64,000 nt of DNA from Candidatus Culexmicrobium cathedralense (GTDB taxonomy: Archaea; Thermoproteota; Methanomethylicia; Culexarchaeales; Culexmicrobiaceae), in the NCBI GenBank assembly GCA_025061115.1, contig JANZKC010000002.1:448001-512000 (forward strand), in the 5' to 3' direction. How positions within the stretch are numbered: the first letter of the stretch is position 1; each line of letters starts with the position of its first letter. The notes below the pieces were generated by a model that was not told the origin of the DNA, searched no databases, and saw only the letters and a program-made list of their open reading frames with translations. Below, in pieces: positions 1 to 9,571 of the stretch. The translations under genes were made by a program, and so were the position numbers.

Positions 1-1
1 T

Positions 2-1042
2 AAAGCAGGAGCGCTGAACTACGCGCTCCAAAGGAGCAATGGAAAATACGTGGTAATCTTCGATGCAGATGCAGTTCCAGAGCCGAACTACCTGAAAAAG
101 GCAATTCAATTCCTAGAAGCCAATAGTGAAATAGACGGCTTAGCGGCCCGCTGGATTCCGCTAAACATGAGCTCAACACCCATATCTGAAGCTCAAGCAG
201 TATCCCTAGACTTCCTAACGTCAATTTTCTACGAAGGCCGCTCAAGAATTGAAGGCCCAATAATAGCGCCTGGATGCGGCTGCATCTTCAGGAAAAAAGC
301 CGTATTAAAGGTTGGAGGGTGGAATGAAGACTGCCTAGCCGAAGACGTAGAACTATCAGTGAAACTCCTACTAAGCGGAGGAAAAATAGCATATTTAAGC
401 AGCGCCAATGTGAAAGTTGAAAACCCAGAAACCTATGGAGCATTCAAAAAGCAGCAGGCAAGATGGATCTACGGGTCAACCCAAGTTCTAGTGAAGTACT
501 TCACCAAGATAATTAAGTCCAACATTCCACTACTCTGGAAGCTCGACTTAATACTTTACCTACTGCAATACCACGTGCTCCTAGCCAACTTCGCCTTCGC
601 AAGCCTAGCCTTAGCATCAATACTCGCTCAAACAGACCTACTACTACCAAGCATTTACTTCTCGCCAATCCTAATGGCACTGCTCGCAATTCAAGCCTAC
701 GCATATTACGATACGGCCAGAAAGCTCGGCTTTAACACAATTAAAAGCATCACAGTCATGGGAAGATGCACAGCCATAGCAGCAGCCCTAGCGCCATTAG
801 TGCTTTTGCAAAACGCCAAAATCCTAACAGGATTTAGAGAGAGGTGGTACACAACGCCCAAGGGGCCACTTGCAAAGGCAGTTAAAGGATTAAATCTAGC
901 AGAGCCACTTCTAGGAATAGCCGGCACGCTTGCAGGCCTACTACTACTAAAAATGGGATTCACCGCCTCAGCCATGTGCCTATTCACGCTAAGCCTACCA
1001 TTCATCTACGTCAGCTGGAAAGCCGGTCGAGGAGTGTGGTGA
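2..1042 (+). CDS. Family 2 glycosyltransferase (cellulose synthase-like), 5' end outside the window
   Basis: The frame is open from nt 2 (KAGALN). It has DAD, ED and QxxRW motifs and C-terminal TM helices. Confidence 0.9.
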   Translation, partial: KAGALNYALQRSNGKYVVIFDADAVPEPNYLKKAIQFLEANSEIDGLAARWIPLNMSSTPISEAQAVSLDFLTSIFYEGRSRIEGPIIAPGCGCIFRKKAVLKVGGWNEDCLAEDVELSVKLLLSGGKIAYLSSANVKVENPETYGAFKKQQARWIYGSTQVLVKYFTKIIKSNIPLLWKLDLILYLLQYHVLLANFAFASLALASILAQTDLLLPSIYFSPILMALLAIQAYAYYDTARKLGFNTIKSITVMGRCTAIAAALAPLVLLQNAKILTGFRERWYTTPKGPLAKAVKGLNLAEPLLGIAGTLAGLLLLKMGFTASAMCLFTLSLPFIYVSWKAGRGVW

Positions 1043-1080
1043 TAAGGCCATCATCAACCGCGAAATCAGCATAAAGCCAA

Positions 1081-1503
1081 CTACAGCAGGGAAACAACAG
1101 TCACCTTAAGTTGCTTTATCCCCCTAATCTTAGCAAGCTCTCTCATCAATTCCTTAATGCGCCTTGAATCACCCCTTAAAGCCACAATTTCAAGGCAGTT
1201 CTCCTCATCAAGATGAATATGCATTGTTGAGCTAATCACATCCGTAAAGTGGTGCTGCACATGGGTCAACTCATCCTCCAAACCCCTAACAGTGTGGTCG
1301 AAAAGCAGTACAACAGCACCTACACTTTCACCTGAAACTTCCTGCATCCACTTGTAATCGCTAATTAAATTGCGCATGGCAACTTGAATAGCCTTAGACC
1401 TGTCCCTAAACCCCATCTGCCTAATAACATCATCAAACTCCCTCAACAGCTCCCTAGGCACTGAAACCCCGAACCTAGTAACGCGGCTCATCAAATTCAC
1501 CAT
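1081..1503 (-). CDS. nikR: Nickel-responsive regulator NikR
   Basis: N-terminal RHH (RFGVSVP...RSKAI) and C-terminal ACT-like domain with QH, HxH and C ligands. Confidence 0.92.
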   Translation of the reverse strand: MVNLMSRVTRFGVSVPRELLREFDDVIRQMGFRDRSKAIQVAMRNLISDYKWMQEVSGESVGAVVLLFDHTVRGLEDELTHVQHHFTDVISSTMHIHLDEENCLEIVALRGDSRRIKELMRELAKIRGIKQLKVTVVSLL

Positions 1504-1605
1504 CCAGTTAATATTAATAATGAACCCTTAATTAACGATTAGCCGACATAAAGTATCACGAAAAAGTATTTAAGTAACACAAATACACCAAGCAAGGGGT
1601 TTAAA

Positions 1606-1959
1606 GTGCCCGAACAGCTAGTTGGAGAAATTAGGAAGCTCGAGAAAAGATTAAGCGACTACATAGCAGTGGGAGAAGAAGCCCTCACAACCCTTAGAGA
1701 ACTACGAAAGACCATCGAAGAGCTGCACAAGCTCAACGAGTTAATTGACAAGAGCAAGGCATCTAATTGCAATGCTAAACAAATACTTGAACTGAAATCC
1801 GAAATCATTAAAAGGATAGCCGCAGCATTCGAAGAACTACATAGAGTCGACCACACTAAAGGCCACTTCATCGAAAACATGATTTCGCTAATCGCCGAAA
1901 TGGAGAAGCATGTGAAAAATGCGATCACAGAACTTATTTCGACACATATAAAGGACTGA
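1606..1959 (+). CDS. Hypothetical coiled-coil protein
   Basis: 117-aa ORF with host-like codon use, divergent from nikR. Confidence 0.6.
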   Translation: MPEQLVGEIRKLEKRLSDYIAVGEEALTTLRELRKTIEELHKLNELIDKSKASNCNAKQILELKSEIIKRIAAAFEELHRVDHTKGHFIENMISLIAEMEKHVKNAITELISTHIKD

Positions 1960-2020
1960 TCCATCCAAAATGAAATTCTTATTAGGCAAATGGGCATGAG
2001 CAGATAAGCGTGATGCAATA

Positions 2021-3391
2021 ATGAAACCCAATGCCATCGAAGAGCTCCGCAAAATTTTCGGTTCAAGGCTGCTGACAGAGGAGGACGTGCTAAAACCCTA
2101 CATGGAAGACGAGTCATATCTAAAAGCAAGGCCAAGTGCAGTAGTAATCCCAGAAAAAGTCGAGGAAATAGAGCAACTCGTCAAAATAGCCATTAAATAT
2201 GGAATTCCACTAACTGCAAGGGGCTCAGGAACATCGCTGAGCGGAGGAGCGGTTCCAGTAGAGGGAGGAGTAGTCGTAGATTTTAGGAGAATGAGCAAAA
2301 TTCTGGAAATAAGTCCAGATGACATGCAGGTTCTAGTTGAACCTGGAGTAATATACGACGAACTCAACGCGCAGCTTGCCAAATACAACCTATTCCTACC
2401 TCCAAACCCATCAACCGGAGACCAGTGCACCATAGGAGGAATGGTCGCTGAAAACGCAGCAGGACCGAGAAGCTTCAAGTACGGCACAACCAGAAACTGG
2501 GTTTTAGGCTTAGAAGTTGTAACATCAGCCCTCGGTAGAATTTGGGTGGGATCTAGAACCAAGAAGTGGGTGTCAGGCTACGACCTAGTTAGGCTATTCG
2601 TAGGAAGCGAGGGAACCTTAGGATTAATAACCAAAGTCCTACTGCGATTAGCTCCAAAACCCGAAAGGCGAATGGGAATAATCGCCCCATTCAACAGCAT
2701 CGAAGAGGCAGGAAAAGCCATAGTTACACTAGCAAGAAGCGGAATTGACATATCAGCACTAGAAATAATTGACGCCACAACAATGAGCGCGGTTAACAAG
2801 GTCCACAACGTAGGATTCCCGGAAGCAGAAGCAGCAATCCTAATCGAAGTCGAAGGCTCCAGCGAAGAAGACATCCAATTGAAACTCGAGAAATTAGCGT
2901 CACTACTAGATAAGTTCGAGGTTAAAGAGCCAGGTCCACTGGTATTCTTCAATGCAGATGAAATGTGGAGCAAAAGAAAGCTAGCCGGAGAATCGCTGGA
3001 AAAACTCTATGGAGGAAGAGTGGACGAAGACGTGATAGTCCCAATATCAAAGCTCCCAGAGCTGATACGCGAGATCAAGGAGATAGCCAAGCGAAACAAC
3101 ATCCAAATAGCAGTTTTCGGCCACGCGGGAGACGGCCACCTACACCCATGCATCCTAATAGATAAAAGCAGAGCCTACACACCCGAAATTGAAGGCATAA
3201 AAAAGGAAATATTTAAGGCAGCAGTAAAGCTTGGAGGAGCACTAAGCGGAGAACATGGAATTGGACTTGCCAAAAAAGCATATCTACCACTGGAATTCGA
3301 GGAGAAAACGCTTCAAGCATTCAGAAAAATCAAGATGGCATTAGACCCATACAACATAATGAATCCAGGCAAAAAGATAATCAGCAATTAA
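2021..3391 (+). CDS. FAD-linked oxidase, GlcD/D-lactate dehydrogenase family
   Basis: RGSGTSLSGG, GSEGTLG, GHAGDGHLH, GEHGIG and DPxxIMNPGK motifs. Confidence 0.92.
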   Translation: MKPNAIEELRKIFGSRLLTEEDVLKPYMEDESYLKARPSAVVIPEKVEEIEQLVKIAIKYGIPLTARGSGTSLSGGAVPVEGGVVVDFRRMSKILEISPDDMQVLVEPGVIYDELNAQLAKYNLFLPPNPSTGDQCTIGGMVAENAAGPRSFKYGTTRNWVLGLEVVTSALGRIWVGSRTKKWVSGYDLVRLFVGSEGTLGLITKVLLRLAPKPERRMGIIAPFNSIEEAGKAIVTLARSGIDISALEIIDATTMSAVNKVHNVGFPEAEAAILIEVEGSSEEDIQLKLEKLASLLDKFEVKEPGPLVFFNADEMWSKRKLAGESLEKLYGGRVDEDVIVPISKLPELIREIKEIAKRNNIQIAVFGHAGDGHLHPCILIDKSRAYTPEIEGIKKEIFKAAVKLGGALSGEHGIGLAKKAYLPLEFEEKTLQAFRKIKMALDPYNIMNPGKKIISN

Positions 3392-3595
3392 GCATCAAGG
3401 CTGCAACCCAAATCCCATAAAGCACACAGAAAGCCGCCAACAACAATAATTCAAGCACTACCCCGCATCTAGGAATAAAACGGTGCAATTGGTGGGCCGA
3501 AATAGCTTTAAATCCTCGTTTAAACCCTCGTGTTCGAGCAGGTTTAACGCAGGAATTGTAGCAGTTTAGGATATCGATTAGTAGCGCATTCTAGA

Positions 3596-4224
3596 TCACT
3601 CGTGTATGGATGTATTGACGATTGCATACAGGCATGTTTCCTTAAGGGGACATTCTCCACATCTGGGCACACTCCCACATATACCGTATCTTCTCCTGCT
3701 GCAGAATGACCAGATGAAGGTATCTACGATGCCCGGAGCGTTGCCTAAATCGATTCCGAATATCGTATAATTTTTCAAGTAGTCGGAACAGAATCGGGTT
3801 AATGCATTTTGGAGAGATGCTTTCTGTAGGGGGTCGTTCCTGCCCTTTATGCTACACACATGATAGATTCCGGTCCTGATTATGAACCTCATCTCATATC
3901 TATCCATCGGGATCCTGTCCCAGTACCCGCAACTTCTAAGGTAATCGTCTCTCTCCTTCTCGCCCAGTACTTTAGTTCTCCCCTGTATCGCTAGGTTATA
4001 TAAATCCTTTCGGCTCCCCATTCCTCTCTAACGACTCTTCTTACCTCGTTCTCAATGCTGTTTATTCTTTCCCTTAATGCAGAAACCTTGTGAAGAATAT
4101 CACCGTACCTGTTCTTAATCCTTTCCAATAGTTCATATGCAGATTGATAATCCTCAGCCCATATTACTATTACAGTTTTTCGTAGATCTTTAATGAGGGA
4201 CAACAACTTTTCTGATACTTCCAT
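3596..4224 (-). pseudogene. Split HhH-GPD/endonuclease III-like glycosylase with a C-terminal Fe-S cluster motif
   Basis: Two overlapping ORFs (3991-4224 and 3596-4021). LGEK and IPMDRYEMRFIIRTG resemble HhH-GPD motifs, and CGSVPRCGECPLKETC resembles the Fe-S loop. Confidence 0.5.
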
Positions 4225-4614
4225 CTCCCTACACCTCCAACAAAGTTGCGAATAGCTTGTAGGCCATATTCTTGAAGTCCCTCATAGCCAGAGATATGAT
4301 CGCTAGAGGAGGCGAGGCACCATAACGGCTTAAGAGCCTCGATGCGTTTTCAACGATCCGATGGCTCCTGTCAGGACGGGAAACGCACCTCTACACGGTA
4401 TGAGAAGGCAGTCATAGCCCTGCCCAGCTAGGTCGATTAGGGCCTTCGCGGCTTCAAAACAGCCTGATGAGAAGCTCATCAGATCCTTGGCTTGTATGCT
4501 CATATTCCTGAGCCCGTGAAAGATGAAACCGGCTCAAATTATTAACTTTAGCATAGGGCGGAAGGCTCTGGGTAGCGTTCCGGTAGTGCCGATAAGTATT
4601 TAATTATTACCGCT

Positions 4615-5256
4615 ATGGTAATAATTGAGATGGCATACTACGATTTGTGGGCTGTGTTGTGGAGCTGGAAGAGGGAGTTCACGGTAGCCGAGTTCAGGTC
4701 CGTATTTCCCAGCCCCAGCCCGAATAAGGTCTTACACGACATGGCCAAGAAAGGGTTGTTGGAGAAGGTGGGCTGGGGCAGGTACAGGGTAAATTCTCCA
4801 AGAGAGTATTTGGAGATGAGGTTCAACGTTAGAGACGCGTACGAGTTGGTCAGAGAGGCTGCGATGGACTACGCGTTCACGGGTCCTGACGCCGTCTTCT
4901 TCTGGACCAAGGGCGGATATAACGTGGACCGCTTCTTCGCCTTCTACCCGATCCACTTGAAGGTCAAGAAAGACGAATTAGTAAAATGGGAGAGGTTCTT
5001 TGAGTCCAAGGGTAGGAGGTTTCACGTGAACGGTGAGCCTATCAGGAGGACCTTGTTCGGAACCTTCTACGTCTTATACCCCGAAGATGAGTTTAGAGCT
5101 GATGAGGTTGATGGCTTCAAGGTCATACCGTTAGATGAGGCCATCGAGTTCTGCAGGAGAAACATATACTCCTATGAGCCGGCCTTGGAGATGTTGGACG
5201 AGATGTACGGCTTGGGGTTAGGCGCCAAGTATAGGGAGGCAAAAACAAATCTCTAG
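4615..5256 (+). CDS. AbiEi-like antitoxin/transcriptional regulator (N-terminal wHTH)
   Basis: LHDMAKKGLLEKVGWGRY is wHTH-like; the gene lies directly upstream of a nucleotidyltransferase. Confidence 0.6.
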   Translation: MVIIEMAYYDLWAVLWSWKREFTVAEFRSVFPSPSPNKVLHDMAKKGLLEKVGWGRYRVNSPREYLEMRFNVRDAYELVREAAMDYAFTGPDAVFFWTKGGYNVDRFFAFYPIHLKVKKDELVKWERFFESKGRRFHVNGEPIRRTLFGTFYVLYPEDEFRADEVDGFKVIPLDEAIEFCRRNIYSYEPALEMLDEMYGLGLGAKYREAKTNL

Positions 5257-5265
5257 TGGTAGGTT

Positions 5266-5967
5266 ATGGCCGCGCTCTTTGTAGAGAGGGAGAACGAGGT
5301 CCTCAAAACAATCAGAGCCTTCGCTGACGCAGGTCTCGATTTCGTCGTGGTAGGTGGTTATGCCGTCAGCGGCCTCGGAAGACATAGGTTCTCAGTCGAC
5401 CTCGACGTGGTAGTCGACGAGAAGGATCTAGACGCCTTCACGAAGATCCTCGAGGAGAGGGCGTTCGAGCGGTGTGCCGAAAGGGCTGGCTTCGACCAGG
5501 CCTACGGGGGCAGGTTCGTGAGCTACGTCAAGAGGATAGATGGTCTACCAGTGACGGCGGATCTCCTGGTCGGAAGCTTGGTTTGCAGGGCCACGGGAGC
5601 TTCATGGAGCTACGACTATATAAAGAGGCATTCGATAGTGGCGGAGGTGTCAGGCATAGAGCTATCGGTTAGATGCAGGGTACCTGAGAGGGAACTTCTC
5701 ATAGCCCTAAAAATACACTCGGGGAGGAGGGCGGACCTGAGAGACGTAGTCGTGCTGATGGAAGGAGCTGATGTCGATGAGATAGTTAGGCATCTGAAGA
5801 GGGGGAATTTAGAGAAGCTCAAAACCCAGATAGACAGCATGGTTGAGATGCTAAGGGACCCAAGGCTCGTGGATTCGCTTAAAGGAGTGTTTTACATCCA
5901 TAAGGACGTGACAGATGAGATCGGAAGAACGCTTAGAGTCTTGGAAAGGATCCGAAAAGCGATCTAG
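5266..5967 (+). CDS. AbiEii-like nucleotidyltransferase toxin
   Basis: VVGGYAV...RFSVDLD (Pol-beta NTase core) and LKIHSGRRADLRD. Confidence 0.75.
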   Translation: MAALFVERENEVLKTIRAFADAGLDFVVVGGYAVSGLGRHRFSVDLDVVVDEKDLDAFTKILEERAFERCAERAGFDQAYGGRFVSYVKRIDGLPVTADLLVGSLVCRATGASWSYDYIKRHSIVAEVSGIELSVRCRVPERELLIALKIHSGRRADLRDVVVLMEGADVDEIVRHLKRGNLEKLKTQIDSMVEMLRDPRLVDSLKGVFYIHKDVTDEIGRTLRVLERIRKAI

Positions 5968-6189
5968 GCGTATTCGACTATCTTCTCGATATCCCTAACC
6001 ATGAACGAGCTACCTGTCCTTTCCTTGACTAATGCGGTCCTGAAGCCCTCTAAGCACATCATCAGTCACCTTTCAATATAAAATGGCACGCTATTATATC
6101 TAAATCCCATGTCATCTTCAAGGCTAGAAAGGCGAAAATTTATTTTACGGCGAGCGTTCCTTAATTCATATGGTCCTCCAGCAAACGCG

Positions 6190-7512
6190 CTATAAGCAAC
6201 CGAGAGAAGTTAGATCTAAATCTTCACTAGAGCTGAGTTGACACTCTCCCCGCTTTAGCGGGGAGATTCTTGCTTCTAAGGTTTTCATCGGTCTTGTGTT
6301 CATTGCCCTTCTAGGCTCCCACTTCATCCCATTCCACCTTAGAAGCAAGGGCTGTGCCACCAGCCCGTTATCCCTATCCCTCCAAGAGGGACTCGGGATT
6401 ATAGCTCCATATATTTTAGCTATGTTCAGGACACCTACAACGTCTGCATTAATCGTCTTTTCACATTTAGGGCAGATAAACAAACCTCTACGCTTTCTGG
6501 TACCTTCTGAACCACAGAATGGGCATATACTCGAAGTTTTATATTCACTAACTTCTATCACTTCTATCCCGTATTCCTCAGCCTTCTCTTTTAATCTTTG
6601 AATTATCCATTTGAAACTCCAGAAGTTGTGTATCATGGAGTTTGCCTTGACATTTTTATGATTATTACTTCTTATTCCCTTAAGGTTCCCTACTACTATC
6701 TTTGAAATTCCCATTTGTTGTGCGTATTCTACTATCGTCTTAATCATAGCGTTGATTGCATGTCTAAATCTCTTTTTTCTAATCCTATAGAGTTTTTTAA
6801 GCCTTCTTGAAGTTCTAACTCTATTAATCTTAGCTAGTCTGCTCTGCTCCCTAGCTATTTTCTTTGTCCAGTACCACCAGTCCGCTAAGATTACTCTTCC
6901 TGAGAAAACTATGGACTGTCTCATTTCCTCATGCCAGATAGTGGCTAGATTCACCACTCCTAAGTCGATGTAGAGGGGCTTATTGCCCCCTCTAACGGGA
7001 GGCTTCTCGACCTTAACCGCCATAAAGCCCCTCCACACCCCATCCACTTCATCGTAGATTATTTCAAGCCTTCCTTGTCTACCTTGCCACTTGAGTTTCC
7101 CCCAATACCTTAGTTTAAGACCCTTAGGGAGGTACAGGTATTTATCATCAATCCTGTAGCAGTTGTTTCTAATGATTATCCTAAGCTCCCTCCTGCCTTT
7201 CCTCTTCCAGTATCTAGGCATGGTCACCTTCTTAATATAAGGTGGAAGCTTGCCTAATTTCTCAAGCCTCTTAAGCTTTAGGAAGCTTCTCCAAGCCTCG
7301 TTGTTCTTTCTTATCACTTGTTGTGCTGTTGCTGAGCCTGTTAATGGAGCATACTTCTTATATAGATGCTTAGGATACCACTCGAACTTCTTGTAGTGGA
7401 TATATGCTTGCCTGCGCTCGAAGTTAAGCTCGTTCCACAGTCTAGCACAATTATCAGCTAGCTCCCAAAGGGCTGGGCTATCCTTGACTATGAATGTGTT
7501 TGTCCTTTCCAT
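6190..7512 (-). CDS. tnpB: RNA-guided endonuclease TnpB
   Basis: RuvC-I YIDLG, zinc finger CPFC...CPKC, RuvC-III NAD; overlaps tnpA. Confidence 0.93.
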   Translation of the reverse strand: MERTNTFIVKDSPALWELADNCARLWNELNFERRQAYIHYKKFEWYPKHLYKKYAPLTGSATAQQVIRKNNEAWRSFLKLKRLEKLGKLPPYIKKVTMPRYWKRKGRRELRIIIRNNCYRIDDKYLYLPKGLKLRYWGKLKWQGRQGRLEIIYDEVDGVWRGFMAVKVEKPPVRGGNKPLYIDLGVVNLATIWHEEMRQSIVFSGRVILADWWYWTKKIAREQSRLAKINRVRTSRRLKKLYRIRKKRFRHAINAMIKTIVEYAQQMGISKIVVGNLKGIRSNNHKNVKANSMIHNFWSFKWIIQRLKEKAEEYGIEVIEVSEYKTSSICPFCGSEGTRKRRGLFICPKCEKTINADVVGVLNIAKIYGAIIPSPSWRDRDNGLVAQPLLLRWNGMKWEPRRAMNTRPMKTLEARISPLKRGECQLSSSEDLDLTSLGCL

Positions 7513-7986
7513 TTCTTCTCACCTTGCTCTTCTATATACCTCTGGATGGTTTCAGACGATACGTATCCAGCTGTTGAGACGAAGTAGCTCCTAGTCCATA
7601 ATGATGGAAGCTTTAAAAGCTCGGGGAATTCGCTTCTAAGTACTCTGGATGTTCTCCCTTTAATCCTCCGCAGAACTATATGTGGAGACCAGTATGGCTG
7701 GACTGATATGAATAAATGAACATGGTCTGGTTTAATCTCTAGAGCTAGAATTTCCCAGCCGTACTCTTTAGCTATCTCCCTGATAAGTTGCTCCAGCCTC
7801 CTCTTAATAGCTCCAACTAATACTGGCTTTCTCCTCTTTGGAATCCACACGAAATGATAGTTACAGAGATATACTGCATGTCTAGTTCGTCGATAGCTCA
7901 TCAATATCTACAATAAGCTGTTGATTGTTTAAACCTATCGACGCCATTCCCCCCGCTAAAGCAGGGGGCTTTCTGGCGTCATTTTT
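6238..7986 (-). mobile_element. IS200/IS605-family element (IS608-like, tnpA plus tnpB)
   Basis: Minus-strand left end TTAC|AAAAATGACGCCAGAAAG followed by a hairpin; right end GAAT-CTCCCCGCTAAAGCGGGGAG-AGTG-TCAA. Confidence 0.9.
7488..7904 (-). CDS. tnpA: Y1 (HUH) transposase TnpA
   Basis: YHFVWIPKRR, DHVHLF, LWTRSYF and YIEEQ motifs. Confidence 0.95.
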   Translation of the reverse strand: MMSYRRTRHAVYLCNYHFVWIPKRRKPVLVGAIKRRLEQLIREIAKEYGWEILALEIKPDHVHLFISVQPYWSPHIVLRRIKGRTSRVLRSEFPELLKLPSLWTRSYFVSTAGYVSSETIQRYIEEQGEKKWKGQTHS

Positions 7987-8122
7987 GTAAATTATACGAT
8001 ATCGGAAGAGAGGCGGAGAGCCACGATTACGGTTGAAACTACCGATCCCGTGAATCCATCACCCCTGATAATGCTCTGCACGTTTACGGGTGGCATGGCA
8101 GGATACGCGTTAGGATCCATTT

Positions 8123-8875
8123 TTGATGGTTGCAGAAGAGACCTCTGGGCTTTCATCGGGGCGACGGTCGGCTTGGCAGTCTCCGCTTGGTGTTACTGCT
8201 CTTCTAACTAAAGAGACAGCCTTTAGTCTTTTAAACAAGGATATCGAAACAGAGGAGTTCAGGATGGTGGATTATCCGTTAATGCATAGCCACAGCAAAT
8301 ACTTACAGGCTTATCGGACAATAAGGAAGCTGGCTGAGCTGCTACGTGAGCTCAATGAGAGGGTGCCGACGCTTCTAGTCGGTCTCTGCGGCGAGCTTCT
8401 AGTCAAGTCTAAGCTGGCAGAAAGCGGGATGCGCTTTCTTTCAAAGAGTGGACAGGCCGGATTCGACATAGAGTTAAAGGACAGCGGTAAGAGAATCGAG
8501 GTTAGGTCTTCCCTGCTGAAGAACGAGGGCATCTACCCTAAGGACATAATGTTCTACGGGTGGAGGATAAAAGATAGGGATAGTGAAGTGAAATACGACT
8601 ACTTGGTTTGCGTGGCATTTGATGAGGAATTAACAAATCCGAGGTTCTACATCTTCACCAGAGACGAGGCCTTGCAGGCTGGAGATGTGAGTATCCCGAG
8701 GTTTAAGAAGGTTCAGAAGAAGCTCCACCTTTTTAGAAGCGTTGAAGAGATGGAAAGGGCAATTAAAGAAAGGCCGAAATACGTCACGGAATGGGAAAGG
8801 TACGTGAACCTTAACAGCGGTAAATACGAAGATCGCTGGGAGATCCTTAAAGATGAGCACAGTTCAAATTTTTAA
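8123..8875 (+). CDS. Putative PD-(D/E)xK restriction-like nuclease (true start probably ATG at 8263)
   Basis: GLCGELLV...GFDI...IEVRSS pattern. Confidence 0.55.
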   Translation: MMVAEETSGLSSGRRSAWQSPLGVTALLTKETAFSLLNKDIETEEFRMVDYPLMHSHSKYLQAYRTIRKLAELLRELNERVPTLLVGLCGELLVKSKLAESGMRFLSKSGQAGFDIELKDSGKRIEVRSSLLKNEGIYPKDIMFYGWRIKDRDSEVKYDYLVCVAFDEELTNPRFYIFTRDEALQAGDVSIPRFKKVQKKLHLFRSVEEMERAIKERPKYVTEWERYVNLNSGKYEDRWEILKDEHSSNF

Positions 8876-9079
8876 CTTCATCACAACGTGAAAGCTATCT
8901 GCCACATAAAATGACACATCGGTTTTCCACCGAAGAATTTAGAGTCTAGCGGAACTTCTCTCCTTCACAAGCTACTTGCTATATCATCGAAACCCTCCCT
9001 TCATGAGCGTCTCCAAATGTGATGATCTGAAGGAGGTCGTTAGGAAGCTTGTCTCGGAGCGCATCAAAGCCAGACCCAA

Positions 9080-9231
9080 GAGGATCACGCCCTTCCTCCA
9101 GAGCCTGCAGAGGGCGCCCTCCACGGATTTGATGCTCAACCCCGTCTCCTACACCAATTCCCCCGGGATCGGGGCTTACCGTCGCTCAGAACAGACAGTA
9201 TCGCACGCTCCGTCTGGCCGTGATCGGGCAA
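9080..9231 (-). pseudogene. Remnant of a wHTH gene homologous to the gene at ~63.0 kb
   Basis: Manual translation AILSVLSDGKPRS/ELV*ETGLSIKSVEGALCRLWRKGVIL contains a frameshift and a stop. Confidence 0.7.
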
Positions 9232-9383
9232 CTCTAAACCCCATAGTAAAAGTTGAAGCCTAATATAAAGACGAGGGTTCAAACCTCGATGGAAAATCTC
9301 AGACGCCGTAAAATTCGACCAGGAATTGTAGCGGCTTAATAGCCGAAAAGAGCCCGATTTCGGCTTAATTCAAGGTTTTAGAA

Positions 9384-9460
9384 TGGTGGACCGGGCGGGA
9401 TTTGAACCCGCGACCCCCCGCGTGCGAGGCGGGTGCTCTTCCAGTCTGAGCTACCGGCCC
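9384..9460 (-). tRNA. tRNA-Ala(CGC)
   Basis: Cloverleaf GGGCCGG...CCGGTCC-A-CCA, anticodon loop CT-CGC-AC, G3:U70 Ala identity pair. Confidence 0.97.
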
Positions 9461-9571
9461 AAAAATCAAATCACCAAAACAACTTATAGGCTTTTCCAAG
9501 CTTCAACCACCAAGTTAAATTAAGTTTTCCTAATTAAGTGAGCGTTAAAGCTTTAATTTATAATGTGAAAT

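Larger units (their letters stand above)
3490..9383. mobile_element. Degenerate integrative element at the tRNA-Ala(CGC) 3' end
   Basis: tggtgggccg (3490-3499) matches the tRNA 3' end tggtggaccg (9384-9393) at 9/10. caggaattgtagc occurs at both 3550 and 9320. Cargo is accessory and partly pseudogenised; no integrase seen. Confidence 0.65.

Noticed and set aside
8976-9263. 95-aa plus-strand ORF
   Set aside because: It is the antisense shadow of the wHTH pseudogene on the minus strand.
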